A program made the translations under genes and the position numbers. From positions 1 through 64,000 of IMG/VR virus record IMGVR_UViG_3300028581_000026: a DNA stretch of 64,000 nucleotides. One strand, written 5' to 3'. Below the pieces are notes generated by a model. That model was not told where the DNA came from and did not search any database. It saw only the letters and a list, made by a program, of their open reading frames with translations. Source of the stretch: a virus. Below are positions 1-9,059 of the stretch, piece after piece (positions within the stretch are counted from its first letter, which is position 1; each line of letters starts with the position of its first letter).

Positions 1-380
1 TTGGATTTATATAATACCCAAATTAAAAGTTTGGGTAATTTGGAATCAGTTGGTGGGGATTTGTATTTAAGAAGTACCCCAATTAAAAGTTTGGGTAATT
101 TGGAATCAGTTGGGGGTGATTTGGATTTATATAGTTCCAAAATTAAAACTTTGGGTAATTTGGAATCAGTTGGGGGTAATTTGAATTTAGCTTATTCCCC
201 AATTGAAAGTTTGGGTAATTTGGAATCAGTTGGGGGTAATTTGAATTTAGATAGTTCCAAAATTAAAACTTTGGGTAATTTGGAATCAGTTGGGGGTAAT
301 TTGAATTTATATAATACCCAAATTGAAAGTTTGGGTAATTTGGAATCAGTTGGGGGCGATTTGTATTTAAGAGATACTCC
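1..380 (+). repeat. 60-bp tandem coding repeat (LRR units)
   Basis: ttgggtaatttggaatcagttgg recurs exactly every 60 nt at 31, 91, 151, 211, 271, 331. Confidence 0.95.
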
Positions 381-450
381 ACTTTCTGATGCAACCACTG
401 AAGAAGAATTAAGAAGTAAAATAAATGTTGAAGGGGAGATATTACTATGA
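1..450 (+). CDS. Leucine-rich repeat protein, C-terminal part (5' end outside window)
   Basis: Six to seven tandem 20-aa repeats L-x-L-x-x-x-x-I-x-(S/T)-L-G-N-L-E-S-V-G-G-(D/N) followed by a cap ending INVEGEILL. Confidence 0.85.
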   Translation: MDLYNTQIKSLGNLESVGGDLYLRSTPIKSLGNLESVGGDLDLYSSKIKTLGNLESVGGNLNLAYSPIESLGNLESVGGNLNLDSSKIKTLGNLESVGGNLNLYNTQIESLGNLESVGGDLYLRDTPLSDATTEEELRSKINVEGEILL

Positions 451-530
451 AAATAATAATAACTGAATCACAACTTAGGTTGATTGTTGAGAATGAGGAA
501 AAGAATCTTTTGGATTTTACTGGACATTAA
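447..530 (+). pseudogene. 27-aa truncated ORF consisting only of the shared N-terminal leader (MKIIITESQLRLIVENEEKNLLDFTGH)
   Basis: ATG overlaps the LRR stop (ATGA); matches the leader of 745..1392; TAA at 528-530; absent from the ORF track. Confidence 0.6.
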
Positions 531-540
531 AATAATAAGG

Positions 541-748
541 TTATTTAATATGTTTGAATACTTTTCTGATATTCTTTGGTAATGAATTTATTGGGATTAA
601 TTTGGCTTTAATTGTTTTAAGTTTTTGTTTAACAGCTTTTTGGGCTCTGTGATGACCATCAATTATGGTTAAGAACTTATTATCATCATTAACAAATATT
701 AGTATAGGATATTTCTTGGATTCTATATATTTGTTCATTTAAGTTCAT
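541..748 (-). pseudogene. ParB/Srx-like nuclease-domain remnant with out-of-frame leader
   Basis: IIDGHHRAQKA motif in 541..738; ATG at 748 encodes MNLNEQIYRIQE (cf. MNLQEQIQRIQE at 2611) in another frame, implying an internal deletion. Confidence 0.6.
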
Positions 749-1392
749 TTCCATTTTGCTTGAGGTAATAATTTTTTTCCGAATTCGATTAGTTTATCTT
801 TAACTTTGTTCATTTCTTTTTTTGATTTAAATCTGTCTTTTCTTTCGTCAGCCCATTCATCAATAACATCATCCATATACATTTTTCTTGTTTTGGCTTG
901 GGTATAAAAACCTTGGATATATGCTGGTAGTTCTCTTGGTGTTAATACTTCTTGTGCAAATGAGTTATACGCCTTATTTCTAACATCTTTTTCCGGATTT
1001 TCGGTTTGGGATATGTGTTCGATTTCGTGTCTGATTGTATCTTTTAATTCCGCCAATAATTTATTTATTTGATTACCTTTAAATAGTTTTGGGTTAATAT
1101 CAATTGTAAAATCAATAATATTAAGGTAATTTTCATCATCAAATTCATAACCACCACTGATATCAAATGCTATTTCTGAATCAGTTTTAGTTAGATGTAA
1201 TTCAACGGTAAATACTTCTTCATCAAATGATTCGTGAATATACTCATTTTCCCAGTCAATTTCTTCATCATCACTTTTGAGGAAGGATTTAATTTCTTTC
1301 ATTAAGTCCATACTGATTTCTCTTGTGACTTGACTATATCTTCCCTCAGTGATGAGTTGTTTAAGTTGTTGTTCTGATATTATTATTTTCAT
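745..1392 (-). CDS. Hypothetical protein with HExxH (zincin-like) motif and shared leader
   Basis: TIRHEIEH motif with downstream ELPAY; N-terminus MKIIISEQQLKQLITE. Confidence 0.65.
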   Translation of the reverse strand: MKIIISEQQLKQLITEGRYSQVTREISMDLMKEIKSFLKSDDEEIDWENEYIHESFDEEVFTVELHLTKTDSEIAFDISGGYEFDDENYLNIIDFTIDINPKLFKGNQINKLLAELKDTIRHEIEHISQTENPEKDVRNKAYNSFAQEVLTPRELPAYIQGFYTQAKTRKMYMDDVIDEWADERKDRFKSKKEMNKVKDKLIEFGKKLLPQAKWK

Positions 1393-2354
1393 TTTAAGTT
1401 TGATTCTAAGTAGTTAATATCTTCTTCATTTGGATTTTGTATTTCAAATGGGAATTCTTCTAATCCTAGATTAAATGCTGCCAATAGTCGGTGTCTTCCA
1501 TCTGAAATTCCAATTTTTGGTTCTTTGTTTTTAACTTTTTGTCCACTATCATCATATCCCCAATTTTCAACATATAATGCGGTTGGTTGATATGCTTCAA
1601 CATCTGTATTTTTAAGATATTCCATTGCTTTCTCCAGTCTATTTCCAATTCTTACACCTTGATTTCTGATATCAAAACTTGAACCCATATCTTTACCGAC
1701 TCTTTCTAATACTTTTTGTGGTGAAAGATAAATAACTTCTGAGTTGTTACTTCTTTTTACAATTGTTTTTGAACCCCAGTCAATATTGAATTTCTTTGAT
1801 GTTTTGGTTGTTTTATTTGAGGTGATGTCGTTGTAAGTATTTTCTAGTAATTGGTTAATGTATTTAATTAATTCAAACATTGAATTATTATCTTTGTATA
1901 TTAATTGATAATAATTGTTAATATTTGATTTAAGAGTTTCTTTATCTGAGGTTGATGTATTTTTAATTTCATTTATAGATTTTTCAATTTGGTAATATAA
2001 CTTAACCATATAATTGAAATAATCATAGAACTTATTGATTCCTGTTCTATCTATATCCTCTTCCTTTACTATAATTCGTTTAAGCCTAGATTCATTGAGT
2101 AACCCAAGTGTTGATTCACAATACTTTGCATTAATGAATATTTGTCTAAATAATACATCTAAACCTTTTAAAAATTCTTCAATAAAACTTAATATATTTT
2201 GTTTATTATTTTTGGGACTTTCATTGAATATGGTTTTTAATTTGTTCATTGCATCATCTATATGTTTATGATTTGCAATTAGATAGTGTAACTCTTTATC
2301 CAATTTGGTTGTTTCTTCCCTCAATATTCTTCTTATTGTTTGTTTTAGGCTCAT
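1389..2354 (-). CDS. Protein with C-terminal ParB/Srx-like domain and shared leader
   Basis: GISDGRHRLLAA motif; N-terminus MSLKQTIRRILREE. Confidence 0.65.
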   Translation of the reverse strand: MSLKQTIRRILREETTKLDKELHYLIANHKHIDDAMNKLKTIFNESPKNNKQNILSFIEEFLKGLDVLFRQIFINAKYCESTLGLLNESRLKRIIVKEEDIDRTGINKFYDYFNYMVKLYYQIEKSINEIKNTSTSDKETLKSNINNYYQLIYKDNNSMFELIKYINQLLENTYNDITSNKTTKTSKKFNIDWGSKTIVKRSNNSEVIYLSPQKVLERVGKDMGSSFDIRNQGVRIGNRLEKAMEYLKNTDVEAYQPTALYVENWGYDDSGQKVKNKEPKIGISDGRHRLLAAFNLGLEEFPFEIQNPNEEDINYLESNLK

Positions 2355-2611
2355 TATTTTGTTTTTTTAACACAATTAGGGTATCTTTTTCCGAACATTG
2401 TTTTCATTCCTTTTTGGGTATAACCTTTCCAACATTTTTCGGTTAATTCTGTTTTTGAATTATCGTGACCACACTTATGACATAAATATGGGTCATCCCC
2501 ACCATCAGATAATTTCCAAGAATGATTACATTGACCACAGATTACTTTTTCATCTTCTGTGACTAAGTTCATCATTTCTTGAATTCTTTGTATTTGTTCT
2601 TGTAGGTTCAT
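2354..2611 (-). CDS. Small Cys-rich protein (zinc ribbon plus CWKGY...PNCVK motif)
   Basis: CGQC...CHKC pair and EKCWKGYTQKGMKTMFGKRYPNCVK motif familiar from T4-like phage proteins. Confidence 0.7.
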   Translation of the reverse strand: MNLQEQIQRIQEMMNLVTEDEKVICGQCNHSWKLSDGGDDPYLCHKCGHDNSKTELTEKCWKGYTQKGMKTMFGKRYPNCVKKTK

Positions 2612-2615
2612 AATT

Positions 2616-3686
2616 TTAAAAATCCATTACATCAAAGTGAATTAATTCACCATCTTTTATTCCCATATTACCGCCGTGTAAATCTGCGGTTGGGACAACA
2701 TTATCTTCCAATTTTAATAAAAGTTCTTCATATTTTTCAATATAATCAACAATTTCACTATAATCTAAGTCATATGGTTCTAGTTCATCTTTTGGTCTAG
2801 GATTTGACAATCTTTCAGATACTATATCTATTATTTCATCTCTTTCATCATCATCACCATTGAATAAGTCCCAAAAAGTACTATCTGAATATCTAGCTTC
2901 TTCATAAAATAATACGGTATATACGGTTTCATCTTTTTCTGATAATAATTCAACTTCATCCATTAAGATTGCATACACTTTTGATTTTGGGTAATATTTT
3001 ACATCATAGTAATGGATAACACCAGGAACAGTTCCTCCCAATTTTTTTTGTATATTTATTACTTTTTTGATTCCTCTAATTTCATCATCATTATTTGTTA
3101 GTTTGAGGATTTTGTCATCATCAACCATAAATGCCATTCCGAAATGACCTTCACCGGCATATTTAATTTTATTTATATTGAAATCATTTTTGAGGATTTT
3201 TATTGTTTCACCTAGGTTATCACCAATACTTTGATGTATCTTTCCAACACCTCTTGGTTCATTTGATTTTACATATTTGTCAAAATCTTTTTGTAGTTTT
3301 TCAGGATTGGATAAGTCACCATAATCGGTAAAATCTTCAGATAGATTTTTGGCTTGATAAACCCATTTGATATATTTGGGGTCATTTTTTATTCTATCTC
3401 CATATATCATTTTTAATAATTCTGGTGTGTTTGGTATTATCCAAGTATCGGTGTCAAAATTTATTAATCTATCGTGAAAAGAATCAATCTCTGTGAAGTA
3501 TTTCTTAAATGGATTATATTTTTGGTATAATTCTTCTTTGGTTATTTCCAATGTGTCAAGCATGTTATCCAACCCCATTGAATGTATTAAGGACATTAGT
3601 CCCATTGTTTCAATAAGTTTTTCCATTTTGGACTTTGGGGTTTTTTCAGATTCTTCCCTCAGTATTCTTCTAATTAAGTTTCTCAT
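2616..3686 (-). CDS. Protein kinase-like (PKL fold) protein with shared leader
   Basis: Gly loop AGEGHFGMAF, ILKLT, catalytic loop ADLHGGNMG, HFD; N-terminus MRNLIRRILREE. Confidence 0.75.
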   Translation of the reverse strand: MRNLIRRILREESEKTPKSKMEKLIETMGLMSLIHSMGLDNMLDTLEITKEELYQKYNPFKKYFTEIDSFHDRLINFDTDTWIIPNTPELLKMIYGDRIKNDPKYIKWVYQAKNLSEDFTDYGDLSNPEKLQKDFDKYVKSNEPRGVGKIHQSIGDNLGETIKILKNDFNINKIKYAGEGHFGMAFMVDDDKILKLTNNDDEIRGIKKVINIQKKLGGTVPGVIHYYDVKYYPKSKVYAILMDEVELLSEKDETVYTVLFYEEARYSDSTFWDLFNGDDDERDEIIDIVSERLSNPRPKDELEPYDLDYSEIVDYIEKYEELLLKLEDNVVPTADLHGGNMGIKDGELIHFDVMDF

Positions 3687-3700
3687 TTTATTATATTTAA

Positions 3701-4345
3701 CTAAAACAAATCTTCTATTTTGTCCATATGTTTTTTGACTATTGGTAAATCCACTATATCTGAATATTCCATACCCTTTCTTTTCATCTGTTGTATTTGT
3801 TTATGTAATGTTTTCATCATATTTCTTATTGAGTGCCCCATAGACGGATAATTCAAAATAATGTCACTTAATTGGTAATGTTGTTTTGGAAGATTCAACT
3901 CGTTCCCTAATTTTTTAACCCATTCCATTCCATAATTATGAGCATCTATTTCCATTTCCCAATAAAGTTTATATAGTTCTTCAAAATCTTCAATTTCACC
4001 TGACATTGGGTTTTTTTGTTTTAATTTACCCATTTGTATTTCGTGTTGTATTTCGTGGAATAATATATAAATAAATTCGGATATTGTATTAAAACTTGTT
4101 GGTGAACAAATTATTATAAAGTTTTTTGTTCTCACTCCCTTAAATCCTGTCTCACAATTGTTTAATACTTTGATATTAAAACCTTCTTCATTTATATAGT
4201 TTTTTATCTTTTCAAAAACATCTTCAATTTTATCTTCATAACTTTTTGGTGTTATTGATTTAAAATGTTTTAGTATAGTATCAAAATTACTAGTCTTAGA
4301 TAAATCTTCCCTCAGTATTCTTCTAATTGTTTCTTTTAGTTTCAT
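3701..4345 (-). CDS. Hypothetical protein with HExxH motif and shared leader
   Basis: LFHEIQHEIQ ... EIDAHNY; N-terminus MKLKETIRRILRED. Confidence 0.65.
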   Translation of the reverse strand: MKLKETIRRILREDLSKTSNFDTILKHFKSITPKSYEDKIEDVFEKIKNYINEEGFNIKVLNNCETGFKGVRTKNFIIICSPTSFNTISEFIYILFHEIQHEIQMGKLKQKNPMSGEIEDFEELYKLYWEMEIDAHNYGMEWVKKLGNELNLPKQHYQLSDIILNYPSMGHSIRNMMKTLHKQIQQMKRKGMEYSDIVDLPIVKKHMDKIEDLF

Positions 4346-4812
4346 TCTAAATTATGAGTTATTTGGAATTCAACACCTTTTGGTATCATTGGTTTAAGGT
4401 AGGAAAAAACAATTATACTACTAATTTCATTTTGGACTTCCCACCACCAGTATTGTTGCCATAAATCAGAGTCCCATAAATCAAATTCTCCATCATCTAA
4501 AATTACAGAACCATCTAATATTTTAACATATATATCCCAAATATCATCAGTATAAACAATGTCTTTAATAACAAAATTAAAATCATATGGCCCTACTTCA
4601 CTTTTATTTAATTTTTTTGTTGAAACTTCTTTGTCAAGGATGAAGTCTTTAAATAAATCAATTGCTGTGGTATCTAATATATCCAAAATATTATCCAAAC
4701 CAACTGATTTAACTGTGGATATAATCCCAAGTTTTTCAATAAGTTTTTCCATCTTAGATTTTGGGACATTCTCGTTTTCTTCCCTCAGTATTTTTCTAAT
4801 TAAGTTTCGCAT
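4342..4812 (-). CDS. Hypothetical protein; N-terminal ~45 aa paralogous to the kinase at 2616..3686
   Basis: Start moved to ATG 4812 (MRNLIRKILREENENVPKSKMEKLIE). Confidence 0.7.
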   Translation of the reverse strand: MRNLIRKILREENENVPKSKMEKLIEKLGIISTVKSVGLDNILDILDTTAIDLFKDFILDKEVSTKKLNKSEVGPYDFNFVIKDIVYTDDIWDIYVKILDGSVILDDGEFDLWDSDLWQQYWWWEVQNEISSIIVFSYLKPMIPKGVEFQITHNLE

Positions 4813-4830
4813 AAATATAAATATCATAAA

Positions 4831-4869
4831 TAATTAAAGGTGATAAGTTAAACCTATCACCTTTAATTA
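4831..4869. terminator. Inverted repeat / probable terminator
   Basis: taattaaaggtgata-N9-tatcacctttaatta. Confidence 0.55.
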
Positions 4870-4882
4870 TTAATCCCCACTA

Positions 4883-5083
4883 TTATTCTTCTAAATAAAC
4901 TCTAATCTTAGTGAACTTATTACATTCATCAAATACCCATTCAATGTCTTTGATTTTGAAATCCATTATACCTGATTTTACAAATGGGAATACAAATGTT
5001 TCACCTTTTCTTGGTGCCTATGGTAAATATACCTTGATATCATTGATATCGTGTATTAAAAAAATTACTTGTGTTAATATCAT
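4883..5083 (-). pseudogene. 66-codon ORF interrupted by an in-frame TAG (5018-5020)
   Basis: MILTQVIFLIHDINDIKVYLP*APRKGETFVFPFVKSGIMDFKIKDIEWVFDECNKFTKIRVYLEE fills the intergenic gap exactly. Confidence 0.6.
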
Positions 5084-5084
5084 A

Positions 5085-5507
5085 TTATAATTTTATCCAG
5101 TCTGTTGTGTATTCATTTCTTATGTTATATAATCCTGGTTCAAATGTTTGTGTCACTAGTACTATCTGAAGGACTATTTCGAGTTCTCTGTGAATCTTTT
5201 CAGCTCTTTGACTATCTTCCTTGTCCCACCCCAATATTTCCGCTATATCGGATTCTACTGAGGTATTACCATAAGGTCGTTTGGGATCAATCATTGGCGC
5301 TCCATATTCTGACGCTCTCCACATAATGTGAGAATGTTTAAGTAACTTTAGATGTTCTTCTGTAACTTCAAATATTTTTCCTTTGATATCATTTAGATTC
5401 TCGGCTTGTTTTAATAGTTCATCCAAGTCTTTCCATTCTATTTCACATTGGTGGGGGTTTCCGTAATTGTTTTCCAATTGTGATTTCAACCATTTTAATG
5501 AATTCAT
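5085..5507 (-). CDS. Hypothetical phage protein
   Basis: EVTEEHLKLL...GAPMIDPKRPYGN...DIAEILG motif seen in phage proteins. Confidence 0.75.
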   Translation of the reverse strand: MNSLKWLKSQLENNYGNPHQCEIEWKDLDELLKQAENLNDIKGKIFEVTEEHLKLLKHSHIMWRASEYGAPMIDPKRPYGNTSVESDIAEILGWDKEDSQRAEKIHRELEIVLQIVLVTQTFEPGLYNIRNEYTTDWIKL

Positions 5508-5517
5508 ATTTTTTATA

Positions 5518-5724
5518 TTATTTTAATCCTTTATTTAAAATATTTTGTAATGTATCAGCACATTTTGTAAATCCCCTTTCAAACTCATTTTGATTTTGTT
5601 CCTTTTCCAGTTCGAGGGCTTCATTATATTTGGTTTGTAATAGAGAATCATCAGGATATTCAATGAAACCTAAATCGCAAAGGTCTTTAAAGAATTGTTC
5701 TACCGCTGTCTGTTTATTTAACAT
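5518..5724 (-). CDS. Hypothetical protein (KQTAVE-type small protein)
   Basis: KQTAVEQF...ALELEKEQ; packed in operon. Confidence 0.7.
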   Translation of the reverse strand: MLNKQTAVEQFFKDLCDLGFIEYPDDSLLQTKYNEALELEKEQNQNEFERGFTKCADTLQNILNKGLK

Positions 5725-6121
5725 TTTCTTTTAACATTTTTATAAGTTCATTTAAACAATTTAATTCAGCTTCTTCTGGTGTTTCAAAATAATCATCAGT
5801 GATGATATCTTTGAATCCCTCCCAAATCACATATGTGAATATATTTTTACCATTATCATAACCACCCTCAACTAGTCCAATAAGATTATATTTCTCACGG
5901 ATAAATTTGAATGCTTGTGAGAATGTTGGTAATCCAATGTTCTCAACTGGTTTACCATCAATTTTGGCATCCCATTCTTCTTGAATGTTTGTAATTGGGC
6001 TTCTGCCCTCTGAGTAACAATACCTAACATCTTCGTCAGGTATATTATACCAAGCCCAACAAGGTTCGTTGAATCCAAGTTGTTTAAGTTCTAGGGCTTG
6101 AGTGTAGGGTATGAATTCCAT
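5714..6121 (-). CDS. Hypothetical protein, paralog of 6124..6567
   Basis: EFIPYTQALELKQLGFNEPC...PTFSQAF...EEAELNCL. Confidence 0.8.
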   Translation of the reverse strand: MEFIPYTQALELKQLGFNEPCWAWYNIPDEDVRYCYSEGRSPITNIQEEWDAKIDGKPVENIGLPTFSQAFKFIREKYNLIGLVEGGYDNGKNIFTYVIWEGFKDIITDDYFETPEEAELNCLNELIKMLKENVK

Positions 6122-6123
6122 TG

Positions 6124-6567
6124 TTATTTATTTTTTGTTAATTCAATTAATTTATCAAGGCAAGCAAGTTCTGCTTCTTCGTAGGTTTTGAATTTTCTAG
6201 TTTCATCATCTATTGAATAATCAACAAGAGGCTTGTAATTACCTTTTTCATCTAAATCAGTTCCAATGATGGCAATTGCATAATCCCAGTCAATTCCTGT
6301 TTTATCATCAATAAAATCAGTAATAGAATTTCTTAACTCATACTTCTCCCTAAACCATCTAAATGCTTGTGAGAATGTTGGTGCTAGTATTGTCACCTCT
6401 GTCTGTTTAGCATATTGACCAAATTCAAAAACAAGTTCCGTTTCTTCTGACTGAGGATTTAACATAGGATATGATTCCTTGTAATAATATCTACCAAGAC
6501 AAGGTTCATCAAAACCTAGTTCTTTCAACTGGAGTGCGATTCCATAAGGGACAAATTCTTTTTTCAT
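6124..6567 (-). CDS. Hypothetical protein, paralog of 5714..6121
   Basis: EFVPYGIALQLKELGFDEPC...APTFSQAFRWFREKY...YEEAELACL. Confidence 0.8.
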   Translation of the reverse strand: MKKEFVPYGIALQLKELGFDEPCLGRYYYKESYPMLNPQSEETELVFEFGQYAKQTEVTILAPTFSQAFRWFREKYELRNSITDFIDDKTGIDWDYAIAIIGTDLDEKGNYKPLVDYSIDDETRKFKTYEEAELACLDKLIELTKNK

Positions 6568-6573
6568 TGTTAT

Positions 6574-6948
6574 TTATTTTTTGATTTTAAAATATTCTTC
6601 GTCTGACAATGTTCTAAACCAAGGAATGTCGGTTCTTAGTTCCCCAACCTTACCAGTAATTTCACAAATTGTAAAACTTTCTTTTTCGGCTTTATGAATT
6701 CGGTTGAATACTTCATTTGATCCATCATTGATATAGATTCTGATTCCTCCGAATTTTTCTTTAACTTGACATACTTCTTTATTCCAACCTAGATTAATAA
6801 GGTCGGTGATAAGGTCTTTGATAAGAGGAAACCAACCTGAATCAACTTCAAAGAAATATGAATCTGTAATTGGTGGTTGGTCATTATACATACCATTTTT
6901 AAGTCCCCCAATTGACTGGAGGAATTCATCCATTTCTTCTTTGTTCAT
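6574..6948 (-). CDS. Conserved phage protein (QVKEKFGG family)
   Basis: GWFPLI...QVKEKFGGIRIY...SFTICEITG. Confidence 0.8.
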   Translation of the reverse strand: MNKEEMDEFLQSIGGLKNGMYNDQPPITDSYFFEVDSGWFPLIKDLITDLINLGWNKEVCQVKEKFGGIRIYINDGSNEVFNRIHKAEKESFTICEITGKVGELRTDIPWFRTLSDEEYFKIKK

Positions 6949-7318
6949 ATGAGGAAAAATATTTATCGGTATAGTGTTTTATAAAATTATCTTGATTGTT
7001 TGTTTGGGTGGTTAATTTAGAACCAAAGAATATGCTATTATCATCAATTATTAATAGATGATTATCTCTGATGGATTCAAAATCCAAATCTAATAATTGA
7101 AATTGATTAACACGATTTTCAAATGATTCTATCCAAATGTTGATTCTATTCAAATCAACATTTGGAAATAGGTATTTTAATCTTGTTAATGTTTTTGGAT
7201 AAATGAATTTTAGTTCTTTATTCAATAGAATAAGAAGTCCAATATTCACTCGTTCATCCAATATGGCTGAAGGTCTGAATTTCAATACACTATATTCAAT
7301 GTGGTTGTTCATAATCAA
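6926..7318 (-). CDS. DUF3037-like protein
   Basis: YSVLKFRPSAILDERVNIGLLI N-terminal signature. Confidence 0.65.
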   Translation of the reverse strand: MIMNNHIEYSVLKFRPSAILDERVNIGLLILLNKELKFIYPKTLTRLKYLFPNVDLNRINIWIESFENRVNQFQLLDLDFESIRDNHLLIIDDNSIFFGSKLTTQTNNQDNFIKHYTDKYFSSYEQRRNG

Positions 7319-7574
7319 TAATATCTTTTATAAGGTTTAACATTGTTTCATTCTCCATATAACCATCAAATGGTTCTCCGTGATTATCTATGGATAGAAT
7401 ATTTTCACCACTAACAGCGTCAAATACTTTGGTTGTTGGTTCTTTACTGACATAGACATTGAAATTACCCCATCTGTATCTAATATAGAACATTCTTCCA
7501 TCCTCAAAAGTTCCCTGCCATTGAGATGGACATACATCACAGGTTTTAATTAATTCTTTTATTTTTGGTTTCAT
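7296..7574 (-). CDS. Hypothetical phage protein
   Basis: TCDVCPSQWQG...YIRYRWG motif. Confidence 0.75.
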   Translation of the reverse strand: MKPKIKELIKTCDVCPSQWQGTFEDGRMFYIRYRWGNFNVYVSKEPTTKVFDAVSGENILSIDNHGEPFDGYMENETMLNLIKDIIDYEQPH

Positions 7575-7810
7575 ACTATGTTAAAATTATATCCCTCAGT
7601 TCCATTATATGTTATAAACTCAACTTCCATACCAATAAATGGTTTAATAGATTGTCTTTTAACAATTCCACTACCACCAATAGATGTCACATCAATTAAA
7701 ACTTTTGGAAATCCACTTTCATCAGTTCCTCTTATTGGTAAGATAAAATTTTTACCATCAGGAGTTTCAACAGATCCATCACTTTTTATAATTCCCTTTA
7801 GTGTCACCAA
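7571..7810 (-). CDS. Hypothetical protein
   Basis: Overlapping start/stop coupling within the minus-strand operon. Confidence 0.65.
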   Translation of the reverse strand: MVTLKGIIKSDGSVETPDGKNFILPIRGTDESGFPKVLIDVTSIGGSGIVKRQSIKPFIGMEVEFITYNGTEGYNFNIV

Positions 7811-8178
7811 CCTTTATCTTTCAATTTGTTTAAGAATAATTTGAAATCTTTGATACCTTCATCATCCATTGAACGATGAATTGAACGAATAGCATCTTTA
7901 ATTGATTCTGGGTTATCTTCTAATACACCTTTAAACCAATTCATATTATCCCAATGTTCTTCTTTCCAAGGAAGAGTTGTTTTGTCAGTAAATTCAATAT
8001 CAAAACCCTCATAGAATGTTTCACCATCATCTTTATAGAGTCTGGATGCTTTCCATACATAATCATCAGTTTCACAGATTGATCCAATGAAATCAATTAC
8101 TTCAATTTCTTTTGTTTCGGTTTTAGGTTCTGTTTCTCTAACATACCAAACACCATTGATTAATATTCTATCTTCCAT
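7804..8178 (-). CDS. Hypothetical protein
   Basis: MEDRILINGVWYVRE start after A-rich leader; operon packing. Confidence 0.75.
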   Translation of the reverse strand: MEDRILINGVWYVRETEPKTETKEIEVIDFIGSICETDDYVWKASRLYKDDGETFYEGFDIEFTDKTTLPWKEEHWDNMNWFKGVLEDNPESIKDAIRSIHRSMDDEGIKDFKLFLNKLKDKGW

Positions 8179-8220
8179 AATTTTTATTTTATATTTTTTT
8201 TGTGAACCAATAATAACAAA

Positions 8221-8511
8221 TTACCATCCTTCTTCCTTTAATCTTTTTGTATTTTCATCAAGAGTTTCAATTATCTTTTCAAGAGTTTTACCAGATGGAT
8301 CTGTTGTTTCAAGCCTTAGTATTTGAGAAATGACAGATTCAACTAAAAGATTCAATCCCCAACCTGAACTACATTTATCAGCTTCACGCCCAAACATTTC
8401 AATAAATTTATCCTAAACGGATTCTCTTAAAGGAAAATCTCCTCCAAAAGGAACTCCATTTCTATCTATTGCTCCTATAATACAATACCAAAATTCTAAT
8501 TTTTCTTCCAT
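8221..8511 (-). pseudogene. 96-codon ORF interrupted by an in-frame TAG (8413-8415)
   Basis: MEEKLEFWYCIIGAIDRNGVPFGGDFPLRESV*DKFIEMFGREADKCSSGWGL...KEEGW; same upstream leader (aaaaaatataaaataaaaattATGGAAG) as 8178. Confidence 0.65.
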
Positions 8512-8547
8512 AATTTTTATTTTATATTTTTTTGTAGTCCATAAATC

Positions 8548-8576
8548 AAATACCTTTCATAAACCCATTTAGTTCC
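8548..8576 (-). promoter_or_regulatory. Possible fourth GGAACT-N17-GT promoter
   Basis: Minus strand ggaact-aaatgggtttatgaaag-gtattt, same spacing as the 35 kb repeats. Confidence 0.35.
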
Positions 8577-8590
8577 AAGAACTAAAACTT

Positions 8591-8869
8591 TTATTCAGAT
8601 TTTATTTTCTCCAAGATATATTTTGAATTATTTGTGTCAAACTTTAACACATTACCATCATATTCAAATGAGGTTATCTCTGTGGTTAACCAGGTGTATG
8701 TGAATAAATGGGGTTCAAGAATAACTGATCTTCCTATTGCTGGTTCATCGTGAACTTTGGAGAATCTTCCATCTTCATCCCACTCAACGAATTTAACAAC
8801 TCTACCACCAAGAATTCTATTATCTTTTTCCCTGGTTAATTTGTATGTATCACTAGTTAGTTTATTCAT
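8591..8869 (-). CDS. Hypothetical phage protein
   Basis: VEWDEDGRF...PAIGRSVIL...YTWLTTEIT...FDTNNSKY. Confidence 0.75.
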   Translation of the reverse strand: MNKLTSDTYKLTREKDNRILGGRVVKFVEWDEDGRFSKVHDEPAIGRSVILEPHLFTYTWLTTEITSFEYDGNVLKFDTNNSKYILEKIKSE

Positions 8870-9047
8870 AATCTTCTTCTATTTTTTCAATGTTTGTTAT
8901 TATGGTAAAGTTAATCGGAAAACAAGCAACGGTTTCATCTTTATACCAAAATCTATAGAGACCATTAATTGCTTCAAAATTACCAGCAAAAACTTTGAAG
9001 CTCTTAGTATTGTCTCCTACTATAACGGATATCTCAAATTTGTTCAT
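8862..9047 (-). CDS. Hypothetical protein
   Basis: Operon packing; VACFPINFTII. Confidence 0.65.
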   Translation of the reverse strand: MNKFEISVIVGDNTKSFKVFAGNFEAINGLYRFWYKDETVACFPINFTIITNIEKIEEDYE

Positions 9048-9059
9048 AGTTGTATTTTT

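Noticed and set aside
1-380. CRISPR array or DGR variable region
   Set aside because: Period is exactly 60 nt and in frame, the supposed spacers are homologous to each other, variation is not limited to adenines, and no cas or reverse transcriptase gene is present
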